A DNA stretch of 64,000 bases from Phoronis australis (lineage: Eukaryota > Animalia > Phoronida): NCBI GenBank assembly GCA_002633005.1, contig NMRA01000569.1:62001-126000 (forward strand). Reading direction: 5' to 3'. A program made the position numbers and the translations under genes. The notes beneath the pieces were generated by a model. It worked only from the letters and a program-made list of their open reading frames with translations. It made no database searches and was not told where the DNA came from. Below are positions 51,279 through 64,000 of the stretch, in pieces. Position 1 is the stretch's first letter, and every line of letters starts with the position of its first letter.

Positions 51279-54200
51279 TTAACCATACATAGAGTTGTGT
51301 AGTTCTTCTAAATCGTGTTTTCTTTGTTGCTCCCGTGCCTGAAAATAGGTATAAAGTGTGAAATGGCTACGTAAAGCCCCTTTACATCAGAGTGTATATT
51401 TATGAACGGTTTGTAGTTATGCCATATGAACGCATATGTAAATTAACATGAGCACACATACACCGACTTGGCTCCTGGGATTTAAGTTAACGCTTGGATG
51501 TACAAGCAAGATCACTCAAGTCTGGCACACTTGGCACAGATGAACAGGGTACCAACATATGACTCCTGGAACACCGAGTACACCTCAGTAATTACAGAAA
51601 TGAATGTCTGTTGTTAACACTGGGTGTGACCCCCCGGGACCTTACAAAGGAGGCACAAAAATGGGCTAGATATTCGAGGTACTAGCCAACACTTCTAAAA
51701 CGAGCAATCGTGATGCACTAAACACTGAGTGACCCAACAACATTGTACAAGTTCCCTTGAGAAGTAGGAATTTCCAAACGCCAGGGCGTCATGAACGCGA
51801 CCTAAAATTTGCTCAGTGTTCCTAAGAAGTCTGACTGCTCTAGTGCCCTCCTTTGGCAAGTTTATTGTTGCCTGTGACTCTATACAAGCTCCTTCAATCT
51901 TTAAGAAATTTGGCATGTGTTTCTATAAACAATTGCTACTGCCTACAGACGTCAAAGGTTGATGGCATATCCCATAAAAAGTTACTCATTTCAAAATACA
52001 GCTAGTAACAGAATGAAGCATTCATACATACGCATACCATGTACGTGGAGACAATTTAGGCAACGTAATTTGAACATGTGCGATGCACGTACATGTAGGT
52101 GCACGTCCAACAACCAGCATTCTTGTTGCACAATGTACACATATCTGACAGATAATTTATCTTAAAAATACATCTGTGGTTAAAATTCTAAAGATGATTT
52201 TTACTTCCAGTCATTGGTACAGTAGGGGATCTCAAAATTAACCCACTTATCCAATGCTTTTGGGGGTTTGAAAATGTTTTAAGGTTATGTCCAACCTGAC
52301 TTAGTGGCCTCCATTCTAACACTTATATCAAAAAAACTAAGCTTTGTCAACTAGTAAAAGTAAATATTTTCTGAAAGAACAAAGACCAAAGCTTGGAATG
52401 ACCAATGACAAAAAACGCGGAAACTTTTACGGCCCAAATCATGCGCGCTACCCAGCCTTGAAATGGTCGATGTGAACCTTTCCCCGATAAAAAACGGGAG
52501 GACTAAAAAATTTTTTAAAAACCGTTACCACCAACAGTAGCATGCGTCAGCATCCTTTTAGCTCGTCTGTCCACTCCCAACCCACACATTTTTGGCTGCA
52601 GAGCCGTAGTATTTGTCGCCGCGGTTTACAATAACACGAGACGCCATTGAAAATCCCACCACGCTATCCCAGATGCCCCGGCAATGTTGACAATTTACGT
52701 TCCTCCGAAACATAAAGAGCAACTTCGAGGTGAACGTCGTCTGCAACGCCGCGGTACGAAAGCAATTTGCCGCGGAAATTTTATATCAAATCTGATTTTT
52801 TTTACGCGGAAATATAATAAAATGCGCGGACAGAACATTTGAAAAAAGCGGAAATCCGCGGAAAATTCCAAGCCCTGAAAGACCACGAAATATAAATATA
52901 CTTTTTGTATTTATTTGTCATTATTTTTACGTAAAAAGTAAGTAAAAACTTCATTTTTAAGAAAGGTACATTCATAGCAAAATAACCCCTCGGTCGATTT
53001 TAACGAAACCTTTTTTAAATGAAAACTTCATCAATTACCTCAAAAACGCTGTTAGGAATTTTCGATTAGTTTGTTCGTTTGGTTTCTATGACAAATCAAC
53101 TCGCAAAACGTAAGGCATTTTTATAAAAAATTGAAGTCGTATTCGTCTTTGTCACATTACACAAAAACTAAGCTTTTATATCAAAAATCCTATAGCGTTT
53201 TTGAGATTGGTGACTAAATATTAAGTTTGGAAAGTTTCAGCGAAATCCATCGAGCCATTTTCGAGAACTCGTGTTCCTAAGTTCAAATAAAGTCGATATG
53301 CCGAATCCGAGAAAAAGCCGATTAAACTGGGACACGTGAAAATCTCTAAGTCTTTGGTTAATTATTCTTTGAAAACTTGTTTTCGGTATACATAACCTAT
53401 AGAATCCTTAACTATGTCACCTATTTCAATGTTTTCTTGCAATGTCAACTAATTTTGCAGTGCGTAACTAACTTAAATATCATTAAAGCCTCAAATAGAC
53501 CTATCTTTCGCAGCCAACTTTTGCCGTTTTGTACGACGTTTTGTCACAGTTCATAGCCTGTACACGTCACGTGCTGGGAGACTGATACCAAACCAAGTAA
53601 GAAATGGATAACGAAAATTGAATTGGTGGTTAAAGTAAGTCATTAACATGAAATCGAAACACCGAAATGTTAAGGGCTGTTCCAGCAAAATCTGTATGGG
53701 AGGGGGGGAAGGCACTTTTATTTCATACCCACCGCCCATATTTTTCATTTATTTCTCCAACCCATGACCCATAATTTTTGAATTATTTTTAATAGGTTAA
53801 AATATAAAATCCAACACTTGCAAACAAACTGCCTCCAGGAGGACCTGTTAAGAACTTAGATGATTGACAGACAAGAACTAGTTGTCTTGTCCAATATTGT
53901 CAAAAACTAAAGTAGCCTGTGAGCAATACTTTTGGCAGCCACCAGGTGTCTCTGTTCACCATGTGTCTATAATTTCAATGAACATTTTTCAATTATAAGG
54001 ATCTATGAATCTCAAACTGTCTCCACGATATCTTTTATACTTCTATGTTAAGTGAATATTGGAACTTGTTTATCTTACTCCTCATAATTTTTATTTAAAA
54101 ATCATCAATTTTCTTATATGTGTTAACACCAGTTTAGTGTTGCATAACTTTTCAATTCAATAGGACTGCAGACAAACAGTTGGCTCAAATCAAGTTGCCC

Positions 54201-57200
54201 ATGACTTGATTAATGGCTAAGTGAACATATTGCACTCTGTTCACTGGCAATATGGGCTTTTTTGTATTCGCTTGTTTTGAGTTTTGAGGGCTGAAGTAAC
54301 CAACCTGTCAACATTAACAGGACAAAAAATACCACCCATTTTTAATGCATCACTTCTTACAGGAACGACCACCCATAATTTGTGTTTTTTTCTGAAGACC
54401 ACCACCCATGAATTTTTATTTCTACTGCCGTCCCCCCCCCACACGGATTTTACTGGAACAGCCCTAACTTAATAATTGAATTAAGGAATAAGGGGGAGGA
54501 TTTATCTCTTTTCACAACTTTCTGTGTTCATGACCAGCCTGAGGCAACTCGTAGCATTTGTTTTCAACGTCAACGGTCGTATGGATGTAGACCCACAACT
54601 CCCTTAGGATAAAAACTACGTTTTGTATTCGTTTTCCCTGGGACCATTCTATCATAACCACACCTCGTTGGTTAAATGTTATGGCGAATTTATGAATGGA
54701 AGGACTGAGGGTATACCGAAGCTGTTCTGCAACTGGCGGGAGACTCGATTTACTTGAAAGCCCTTTAACCTTTGACCTTGGATAAGTGCTAAACAAATAT
54801 CCACGCGGTTGTGCAGTTCCAAGGTGGTTCTGCTAAATCGTTTTTTTCTCGCTACGCAGTATATATTTCGTATTTGAATGAAGATAAGGTATTTTGCTAG
54901 ACACAAGTGAAATTTTGTAAAAATGGCCAATTTTTGTGAATAAGGTTGGAAATATCCTTAACAAATCCATATTCTGGGGTCCTATTGAATTTCATGTAAG
55001 AATCTCCCATAAGGAAACTAGAATGAAGTTTCCCATTTAAAATCAGTTATTCACAAAATACCAGTAATACGTTTTTTTCATCCCACCAACATACATAGCA
55101 AAAATTGGCTTAAAATAAAAATTTCTCGGTAAGTAATGAGTTAATTTTTTTTCGTCAAATAGATCATAAATCTAATACCATTGTCATTCCATTCAGACAA
55201 GATTTCTATTGAATATATCATGCAGAACCATGAAAGAAAGGAACGTAGTTTTATCTTTTTTCAATAGACCTTCAATACAGAGCCTCACTTTTGGCTACCT
55301 CATAACAGAGTTTTCAGTAGCTACATACCTTGTTTTTTTTATACGTCTCGTATTGTTCATCATCTGTCGGTAATTCATATCTGCAAACCGGACAACTGTT
55401 GGTCTAAAAAAAGAATACAATTCTAAAATAGCCATCTTATTAACTGTACAGTAGTTAAAAGTTCCCATGAACTCGTCTTGCATTAAAAAAATTTAACCAT
55501 TACAAATTGCTTTCATTGTGTGGACGTTAAGCCCTACCAGCTTAAACAAAGAGGTGTCAATTATCATTCATAGGAACACGCTGAGCAATGGTAAAAATAG
55601 TTTGGAACAATGAAATGTCTTTTGGTCTCAATAATTATTTCAACAAAATAACAGAAAAAGTGAGCAGGAAAAAACATTCATTTTCACTAACACTTCCCAG
55701 CTGTGGTCGACTTAACAGCTTATCGGGCCGGTCTTTCAAAAGCAAAAATGTGCAATGAAACTAAAACATATCCATCTTGCATCAGCTTAGTTGAAAACTC
55801 TTTGGTATTTGTATTGTGACTGGAGCTACAAAACACAAGGTTGCAATTGGTGAACTTTTGGAATCCCGCAACCCAATATATAAATGTGTTTATCAGTTTT
55901 AACATAAATTATGCAACTGAAACATATAACAGACACATCTGATAAGTCATTCAATTATTACCTTTTTCAACCACGGCAAAATACAACCTGGATGAAATTT
56001 GTGTTTACACGGCATCAGTCTGAGAGGTTCATCTCTACACAGCACTAAGCACACTGGACATTTGTATCCTAAAACAGTTCACAATGATTAAAATCAATGT
56101 AATATACATAATCAGTACACAAGACCACAGACACATGTACACCTTCACAATTTACTCATTTGTGATTATGTTGTTAATTGTGGTGCAGGACTTGGATGTC
56201 TTGTTTAATTTTTACATTTTATCCTGGAAACATGTCACTAAAATGAAAGTCATCTCTACTCAACAACGAAAGAGTAACCCTCATTTGCCAGGAATGGCCA
56301 GTGCAACAAAATCAGTTTCACTATTCTACTACAATTGGATATGTTCCGAACTTGCAAAGTTAAAAGTGTTTAAAACCATCATTTACCATGTTTTAACAAG
56401 TTACTACATTGACAGTATAATTAAACTTTCCTTTACAGCACTGCTTATCACAACCGTGAAATCAATATCTTAAAAAAGAGGAAATAGAAGAAAAGAAAGT
56501 TTTATATAGCTCCAAGGCCATGACTGTGACTCATGAATGTACCCAGTGCCAGTGTGTCATATCCACCAACACGCAAGTTTCTTGTGCATGCCACTTTAAT
56601 AATAAAGTTTCTTGTACGAACTTATGACATATCTGCCCTTCTGCATGTCCCGAAGAATAGTGAGAGTCACAGCGTGATCAAATACTAAGTTGTCACAACC
56701 ACCACTAACGCAATGCTTTGTCATTCCTTATTATACCACAAATCACTGGCAGGAAAACGATTAGTAATAACTGATGACTTTTCACACTTAACACAATGGA
56801 GGATGACTAGAGTGTTGTGATCCGTTGTCCAATTTTACGTAGCCGTATTGACCAATAAACCCATGTGATACAATATCAGCTAATTAACATATCGTCAGCT
56901 AGTGCTTGCGGGCATTCTAATTTGACATCTGACCGACAGGTGGGGTTGTTCTATGGTGTTTTTGGTATGAAATTGGTGATTTTAAGCACGTACAGTAAAA
57001 TGACATTAGCCAAGAGTTGAAAATTACACAGGATATAAACCAATATTTTCATATCAAATTGTGCATAATACACAAGGGTAATAGCACAACCACAAGTATC
57101 CAACAAGGGGGGCAAAGCCAAAAAACAAGACTCTCATTGCATATCTAATTATTTTAAAATGAAGAGAGGATATGGCATGGCTCTGTATTGCTCCCTGTAT

Positions 57201-60200
57201 ATATCAGTGCACATGAGAAGACAACAAGTGTATACACATGCTCACCTGACTCAGCTGGTGTCAGTTGAATGGTTGGTAAAGATTTTACAAATTCTTCACT
57301 GGCAGGGGGTGCAGGCTTGTCCCTGAGGAATAATCTGAAAAGACAAGTGGACCAGCTCATTCTCTTCTATAACAGGTCTAGCACAATTCAAAGATTAAGA
57401 ACATGGTTAGCACAGTGCACTTTGCATATAATGGCTGAAATAAATGTTATATCAGATGTCAACAAAACACAAAATAAATGTCAGTAGAAAATTAGCAACA
57501 GCAGGGAAAAAGAGTAACCACAAGACACAAAGAACAAAGTTTTGTACTTACTCTTCAAACTCTGGAGTTAAACCCATATCTGTGAGCAACCTATAAAACA
57601 GTGTAAGCTTTAAAGTGGAATTAGTAGGCTAATAACTTATCTCTGTTGCTTGGTCTTATTAATTAGAAACACAATATATAGCGATGATGTGAATATGAAG
57701 TAGGTTGAAAATTGTCATGATCCGCCACAAATCACTGAACCATGGAAAATAAGCACCGTGACATGGTGCTAGGGAATAACAATGCATTATGCGGGCTATG
57801 TGAACCCGCAAAATTCGTCATTAGTATGCAAAGACTACCTATTTGCAGAATTTTCTGTTTCAACATTTATAAGTCAATGAATACTGCACTTTGTTTAGTG
57901 TAGATTATGTTGAAATAACATTAGCACAGTTAGGAGCATGCAAATACGGATTGTAGTGAAACCCCCTCAACCCACGACCCCCTTGACCCACAACCCACTC
58001 GATCCACGACCTGTGGCAACAGAGGTATCTGGTGCACTTTTTACATATTTCATAATCTTATTATGTTGCTGGGCGACTTTCCTATAAGACATACCTACAC
58101 GCGAGTCTCCTCTGGCTGAAGTCTGGCGATTGAAAACAGAATGCCAGTGGTTTTAAATAGCGCACAAGCCCACATAATGCGCAGCACAGTTCCACGAGCA
58201 CCTATCAATGGCACAGTTCTAATAAACTTAGGGAGAGAGTATGTTTTGACATACGTGAATGTACATAATTTCATATTTTTATTATTTGTTTATATTTTAT
58301 ACTCCTTTACAATATACTCCATATACCGTTAAAATACTCTGTAGTTTAACAGTATGTTTTTTCAAACTGTATTTACTGGTGAAATTACACTTTTGTTAGA
58401 TCCTCGCACTCTGCAATTCAATGTAGAGCAGACGAGACGATTACACTCTGGTGGGAATGACATTTGTCAGTAAGGTTGGTAGGTCTTTAATTTGATTTGG
58501 CACGTCGTTTTTTTTCTGTTTTTGGCTTTCAAATCGACTGCCTTCATTCCAAAAAAACACGGCTAAATCACAATCAAGGTTCATATTCGAGAGTTGACTG
58601 TGTTACGGTCTCAAATAATTTCTTTGATCACTTACCAAATGCAAACTGAATCTGATATGCAAAGGGTTATTTAGTTGTGCAAATTAAAAAAAGAATCATC
58701 AAAATCGGACTATGTTTAAGAAATTTATCCACGTTTTTGTCTATGAATTTCAAGCATTTTTAGCGTTACGAGTGGCCATTTTAAAAATTACAAATTTCAA
58801 GTGTCAACTCGTACTTTCAACCTCTGTGCTATAAAGTATTGCCCACAAGTATTTTTTCATACTGCCAGTAATGCTGTTTTCATGAACAATACTGATATTT
58901 CCAAAATGAATCCAGTCTGACAAAAAAACAATGGACATTATCAATTATGTGGGCAAAAAATGCCACACAGGACTTCGCTGGTGCTAAACATTGTAGAAGA
59001 ATGTCATGTGACAACTGATGTTGCAGAGGCAGGTTCTCTATCTATTAAGACAACTTGCAACAAACCAACAAGTAGAGGCAGCACAAAACTCGAGACCATC
59101 CCATACATTTGTAAATTAGTTAAAATTTGATGTTGATTGACTGTGCGTAGTGTACGTACCCCCCCCCCCACCAGTACCATTTTTTACTGTTTACAAGTGG
59201 AACACTGGTCCTAGCACTGCTTTAACTATTTTGACCAACTGGTGAATGTATTGAAAACTAAGCAAATAGCACCAATAAAGTTTTAGAAAAAAGTAGTTAC
59301 TTGTCATTTTCTTTTTGTAAGAATCGCATTGCAAGAGAAGAAATTCTCATTATACTGTGTTAAGATATGCAATGTATCATCATCTAGAACAACTTGATCA
59401 GCACAGTAATGACTTTTCTTACTTTAGTATGTTATACTTCTTGAATTTGATCAAGAACTTATTAAATTAACAGCTACCTTATGAATTTTTGCATGTTAGA
59501 AATGGGCTGTGACCACAAGGTGTAGTGTACACACCTTTTTTTACAACTTTGATGCATTAGGCCATAAAACTTTATTTGGTGGTTCTTGTGCAAAAATATT
59601 TTAGATTACAAACCTGGAATGATGGTACGTTAAAATATCCCAGTTTTTACAGTTATACGACAACCTTCATTTTTCACCAAAAGTGGCCACCAAATATGGA
59701 CCTTGATTGTGATTTCTGCCTGACAGGGAAAATCCAGTCAGGCTCACGGCCCAACTCATTGGTCCTACAAGTCAGCGCTTGTTCTATGTTCAGATCAAGG
59801 CGAGCTTGTGTAGGCTGGGTCGACGGGGTTCTGGGACGTGAGGTCGAGGGGTGTGGGGGTCGAGGGGGTTTCAGAACAATCCTGCAAATACATCTTGACG
59901 AGAATTATATATTTTCCTTGTTTCAAGGGAAAAGCAATGACTCATTTCTAAAAGGCTTTTAAGGTCTTGAATTTTAACAAAATTTAAATCTGTGTACAGA
60001 TATTCTAAATCTAATATACCAATGTATTTTAAATTATGAGACTGTAGAAAAATAGCGAATGGTCATTTTTAACACTGTGTGCGCTTCTGGCAGGCATGGT
60101 AAAAATAGGACTGTGCGCAGTGTAAAAATGGCCGATTTGGGCAACTCAACGAAGGGCTGCCTGAAAGAAAAGTCTGATTGCGGGAGTATTTGTTCGCAAT

Positions 60201-62704
60201 AGAAGGAATTAAAGACATCATCAACCACCTCAGGTGACCCTCAGGCTCTTTTCTATGTGCAAAAAGTACTTATAACAACATGACTTTGATGTTAAGATTA
60301 TTGTGAGCGGGCAAAATTTGCCAAAGAGGCCTTCCAGTCAGCTAGTGCAAGATCAGACTTTGCTTAACACCAGAAGTTTTCACTATGAAAGAAAAAGTGA
60401 ATAATATCATTGCTTATTGCAAATTATGGCTCATTAAACTTGCAAAAACTTGAGTCACAAAACTTGTGAAACACAGAAGTGAATTTTAATTGCATTTGCC
60501 AATTTAATCTCAAATCATAGTGTTGTAATCGTCAACATTCATCCTTTATCTTTCTGTGGTGTCTTGTGATTTGTCAGTTTTATGGTTCCCCAAATGGTCT
60601 TTCTTTTATTTAAACTGCTGGCAGGAACCCTGCTGGCAGTCTTCCAGCAAGCAATCAGGATGTCAGGGATGGGCACCTGGATTGGGTTTTACTGAAGCTT
60701 GAATAGACGTGTTTTAACTGGTGAGTACTTGTAGAGGCCTATAGCTAGTGAACCTGCTGTAATACAACAATTGGCGTAGTCGGCACTGGTTAGGTTTTTC
60801 TAGGAGTATTCAACCACTTTTCTTGAAAACCTTTGCCTGACCAGGGCATTTTCTGTAGGTCCGGGGGGAAGGTTGGATAGGGGAGTGGTATCGTGCTAGC
60901 GGGTTGCTGGTACGGCGGCTAAGTGGTCTCTTGGGGTTGGTGGTTTAACTGGGTTTTTATCCTTTGGGTTTTGGGGTATTTATTTATTTAATGCGTCCTT
61001 GTAGTTGATGAGTTTAGTCTTATAGGCATTGTTTTGGTTATGTCATTGAATTGAACACCATTCCATTGACCTAATACTTTCTCACTACAACTAAGTCCCT
61101 TATTTATTACCATATCCCAGGTATATTTATTTATTTATTACGTCCTTGTAGTTGGTGAGTTTAGGCTTAGACAGTGTTTTGGTTGTGTCTTTGAATTGAA
61201 CACCATTCCATTGACCTAATACTTTCTCCCTACAACTAAGTCCCTTATTTATTATCATATCCCTGATATTTATTTATTTATTACGTCCGTGTAGTTGGTG
61301 AGTTTAGGCCTAGGCAGTGTTTTGGTTTTGTCATTGGACACCATTTCATTGACCTAATACTTTCTCCCTACAACTAATTCCCCTATTTATTATCGTATCC
61401 TAGTGCGGGGTTAACCTGGATGCGGTACTTTCATGTCCGTCCCAGTTGCCCGGAGGCCTATGTTTAGTGGAGGGTAAGTCACATTTCTATGTGAACCTAT
61501 CCATTTTAGGTCTGTGTCCAAGACGTTCCCTTTGGGTTGGAATATGTCTGCCCGTCCTCCACCCAAAGCACATCAAAATGTAATACTCTAGTAGCAATTA
61601 AGGGTAGCATGCGTGTATCATGGTAGTGCAGGGTTTATTTTGAGAACTCCACTAGAAATGCACGTGTCCTATACCCTTTTGCGGCTACAAGTCCGGAGAG
61701 TCTCCCTAGTGAGAACTTTTTCCGTTAGGTGACTGCTCTCCCGCCCTGGGGGGTGGGTTGGGATCCTGCTAGGTTTTCTCATTATGAGTTACTTCATGTG
61801 TTTGGGATGTGCTGGCATTCTGAACTCTTTTTACTATTTTTGGTACTTCTATATTTAACCTGTGTGCGTTATTCTCTGCTTCTAGGGGAACTGTCCTTGT
61901 CATTCTAACACTCATGGTCTATTTAGCAGTGGCTTTATTTTTGGTAAGGGGGGATATGGTTAAATTTTTGGGAAGTTTTTTGTATCTGGCGAATGATGTT
62001 GATTCCCAGGTGGGTCCCACACTTTTTTAGGGAGGAGGGGAATGTTGTAATCATCAACATCATTCGTCCTTTATCTTTCTGTGATGTCTTGTGATTTGTC
62101 AGTTTTATGGTTCCCCGGATACTTCTTTCTTTTATTCAAACTGCTGGCGGGAACCCTGCTGGCAGTCTTTCAGCCAGCAATCAGGATGTCAGGGATGGGC
62201 ATTTAGATTGGGTTTTACTGAAGCTTGAATAGCTGTGTTTTAACTGGTGAGTACTTCTAGAGGCCTAGCTAGTGAACCNATGTTTAGTAAGTCTACAGCC
62301 ATTGACTTGATTCTCACGATGTTTTCCAGGCGCATCAGTCAGTTTCGTAGAATGCTAACAAAACTGCATTTTGATGTCTTACATATGGCTCAGAACTTCC
62401 GACAAGTGAGCTGAACCAGTCCTCTCTATTACGGCGTATTACGCTGGCATTTAGCTCTAGAGTCCCTGCACAAACAGCCAGTCCAACAGTGCATAGCAAG
62501 AAACCGGTTTTTATCAATACCAGTACCGTAGTGCGGTGCCAATGACAGTTACGGTGAATTACGGGTTACTACCATGACATTATCATTGACAGTGGACAAG
62601 TCACAAGAATGGTAAAGTGTTCACCTTGCCAAGTGAAGAAGATGGTTTGGTTGCTCTCCTTCTCCAAGAGGCTCGCAGTCATGTTCATCAAAGTAACAAG
62701 CCAT
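51279..62704 (-). CDS. RNF181: E3 ubiquitin-protein ligase RNF181 orthologue, 149 aa, 6 coding exons
   Basis: Exons 62704-62625, 57590-57552, 57334-57246, 56068-55962, 55403-55329, 51338-51279; total 450 nt. N-terminus MACYFDEHDCEPLGEGEQPNHLLHLARLL; APPASEEFVKSLP; RING-H2 CPVC-x13[31 protein letters not shown]; C-terminus LEELHNSMYG*. All are characteristic of RNF181. Probable 5'UTR exon donor at 62882. Confidence 0.95.
51535..51740. mobile_element. Diverged solo fragment of an Academ-type TIR
   Basis: AGATGAACAGGGTACCAACATATGAC...CTGGGTGTGACCCC...CCTTACAAA...CTAGATATTCGAGGTAC parallels about 34553-34765. Confidence 0.7.
52387..52877. mobile_element. hAT-like MITE, TIR CAGGGCTTGGAAT, perfect 6-bp TSD
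   Basis: AAAGAC|CAAAGCTTGGAAT ... ATTCCAAGCCCTG|AAAGAC. Confidence 0.9.
53674..54464. mobile_element. Harbinger-type MITE, third full copy, TAA TSD
   Basis: TAA|GGGCTGTTCCAG ... CTGGAACAGCCC|TAA. Near-identical to 27369-28182. Confidence 0.92.
57948..59882. mobile_element. Mutator-like (MULE) non-autonomous element, 9-bp TSD
   Basis: TGCAAATAC|GGATTGTAGTGAAACCCCCTC ... GAGGGGGTTTCAGAACAATCC|TGCAAATAC. Subterminal GACCC repeats. Confidence 0.88.
60100..60297. repeat. Dispersed repeat with an inverted diverged copy at about 63360-63560
   Basis: TTATAACAACATGACTTTGATGTT (about 60271) versus AACATCAAAGTCACGTTGTTATAA (about 63364), and GGGAGTATTTGTTC versus GAACAAAACTCCC. Confidence 0.65.
60521..62278 (+). 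mobile_element. Non-autonomous LTR retroelement (TRIM/LARD-like)
   Basis: 5' LTR 60521-60769 (TGTTGTA...TACAACA). PBS TGGCGTAGTCGGCA at 60772-60785, complementary to a tRNA-Ser 3' end. PPT AGGGAGGAGGGGAA at 62029-62042. 3' LTR starts at 62043 and is cut at the N at 62279. No gag/pol ORF. Confidence 0.9.
60978..61400. repeat. Three ~145-bp tandem repeats inside the LTR element
   Basis: TATTTATTTATT..CGTCCTTGTAGTTG.TGAGTTTAG...CATTGACCTAATACTTTCTC.CTACAACTAA repeated three times. Confidence 0.92.
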
Positions 62705-64000
62705 ATCAAATGAGATAGATAACCCTAGGCTAGACTACCAGTGTAGTCCTAGCTTACATAAACGTCATATGGCTATGCGTCACTGGCAAAAGGCGTCTGC
62801 TACACGTACATGATTCAGCAACACCAAAAACTCACGTCCGGTTAATTATAGGCTACAGCCGCAGTTCGGTTTTAAACTTACCTGAAATGTCAGATACTAA
62901 TAATATATCAATTCACTAAAATATATCAATTTTGACCATGCCTTTCATCGAACGTTTTATTGCTTTTTATTTTTATTATTCGGTTTATTGGCTACAGTTA
63001 GTACTCAACAATTCCTTCGACGCAGTTACGTCAGATACAGAGCATAAGTTTGACTGCACTTGCTAGTAGTCTGTGGTCATATTTGGCCGTCATTCATTTC
63101 TGGAGAATTATTCACCAAGCCTGGTAGGTGTCTTAGTCCGTATTGCTCTTGTGTTCACGTGGAGACGTCGGAAGTAGTTGCCTCACTGTTTGCGGGAAAG
63201 AACAATTTTGCAAGGCAAATACTGAAATAGTTAGTAGCGACAGTACTCAGTAGGCATAGGCAATGACCATCGCCTCTGTTGGCCCGAACCAGAGGCGATG
63301 CAGAGGCTATAGGCGCTCTGTACGCCGGAAGCTTTTCGGAGAATTATGCCTCGCATTGGCTAAAACATCAAAGTCACGTTGTTATAAATACCTTTTGCGC
63401 ATAGAGGAACACCTTAATTAGGTCATTAGGAGGTTGTGGATGTGTAGTTTAATTCCTTCCAACTTGAACAAAACTCCCGACCATTATCAAACTTTTTCTT
63501 CGAGCAGTTCCTATTTCAGTTCCCAAAATTGTGAACTCATCATTTACTCAGCGCACGCCAAGACTGAGATATGACCTCATTCTTTTAACCAGGCCGAAGG
63601 TCAGAAGTTGCGGTCCTACCGGCGAACGAGAAAGCTGAAGTCCCCGCCCTTTGCGTACATGCTGCCGGGAACCAGCCGTGCATTTGCCGTGTTGTTAAAC
63701 ATTAAAATGTCAAATATGTGCACAAAGACTATTAAATGTCATATCAACAGCATTTATTTTTATCAAATACAAACAATGATTCATTGAAATACAATCAGTT
63801 TCAAGTAACGCCAATAAAAGACAAGTATAAGTGGTGGCATTTTGGAAACGAACATTTGACTGACAAGACTGCAATGGCTCACCTTTGGCCTATTTAAAGA
63901 TTGAGGTCATGAATTCACATCACCTAGCGAGCACGTTAAAAATTGGAGCGTGCGCAGTATGAAAATGGTTCACGATTTTGGGAACTGAATGAGTGACTGC

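Noticed and set aside
54512-54796. ORF ending ...KCYELP... as an RNF181 exon
   Set aside because: The true [15 protein letters not shown] exon is at 55403-55329 with proper splice sites, so this similarity is coincidental.
60521-62278. Retrozyme (hammerhead ribozyme in the LTRs)
   Set aside because: No CTGANGA...GAAA core with flanking stems found by eye on either strand. A covariance-model search would be needed to exclude it fully.

Overview
Intron-rich, AT-rich eukaryotic (metazoan, invertebrate-like) genomic DNA. The taxon cannot be fixed from the sequence. Four spliced genes were reconstructed by hand with GT-AG junctions whose phases close. (1) A minus-strand, 15-coding-exon, 930-aa protein with eight degenerate EF-hand-pair modules, resembling the ciliary microtubule inner protein FAP115/CFAP115 (2956-12627), with an RFX X-box near its predicted start. 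(2) Head-to-head with it, a 386-aa two-RRM/RGG/Gly-Tyr hnRNP A/B-D (squid-like) gene with a C-terminal PY-NLS (14020-29571). (3) A tandem paralogue of that hnRNP with the same RRM intron positions but no PY-NLS (39022-50532). (4) Tail-to-tail with it, RNF181 (RING-H2 E3 ligase, 51279-62704, minus). Introns and intergenic DNA carry many non-autonomous elements with readable TIRs and target-site duplications: Harbinger-type, hAT-type with 5- and 6-bp TSDs, Tc1/mariner-type, Mutator-type, a deleted Academ element, and a non-coding LTR element with a tRNA-Ser primer site. The most interesting region is the 3' end of hnRNP gene A. It combines a 3'UTR intron, a candidate NMD cassette exon, and three interlocking pairs of inverted MITEs that could steer exon skipping, back-splicing and RNA editing. 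These regulatory ideas are inferences and need transcript data.
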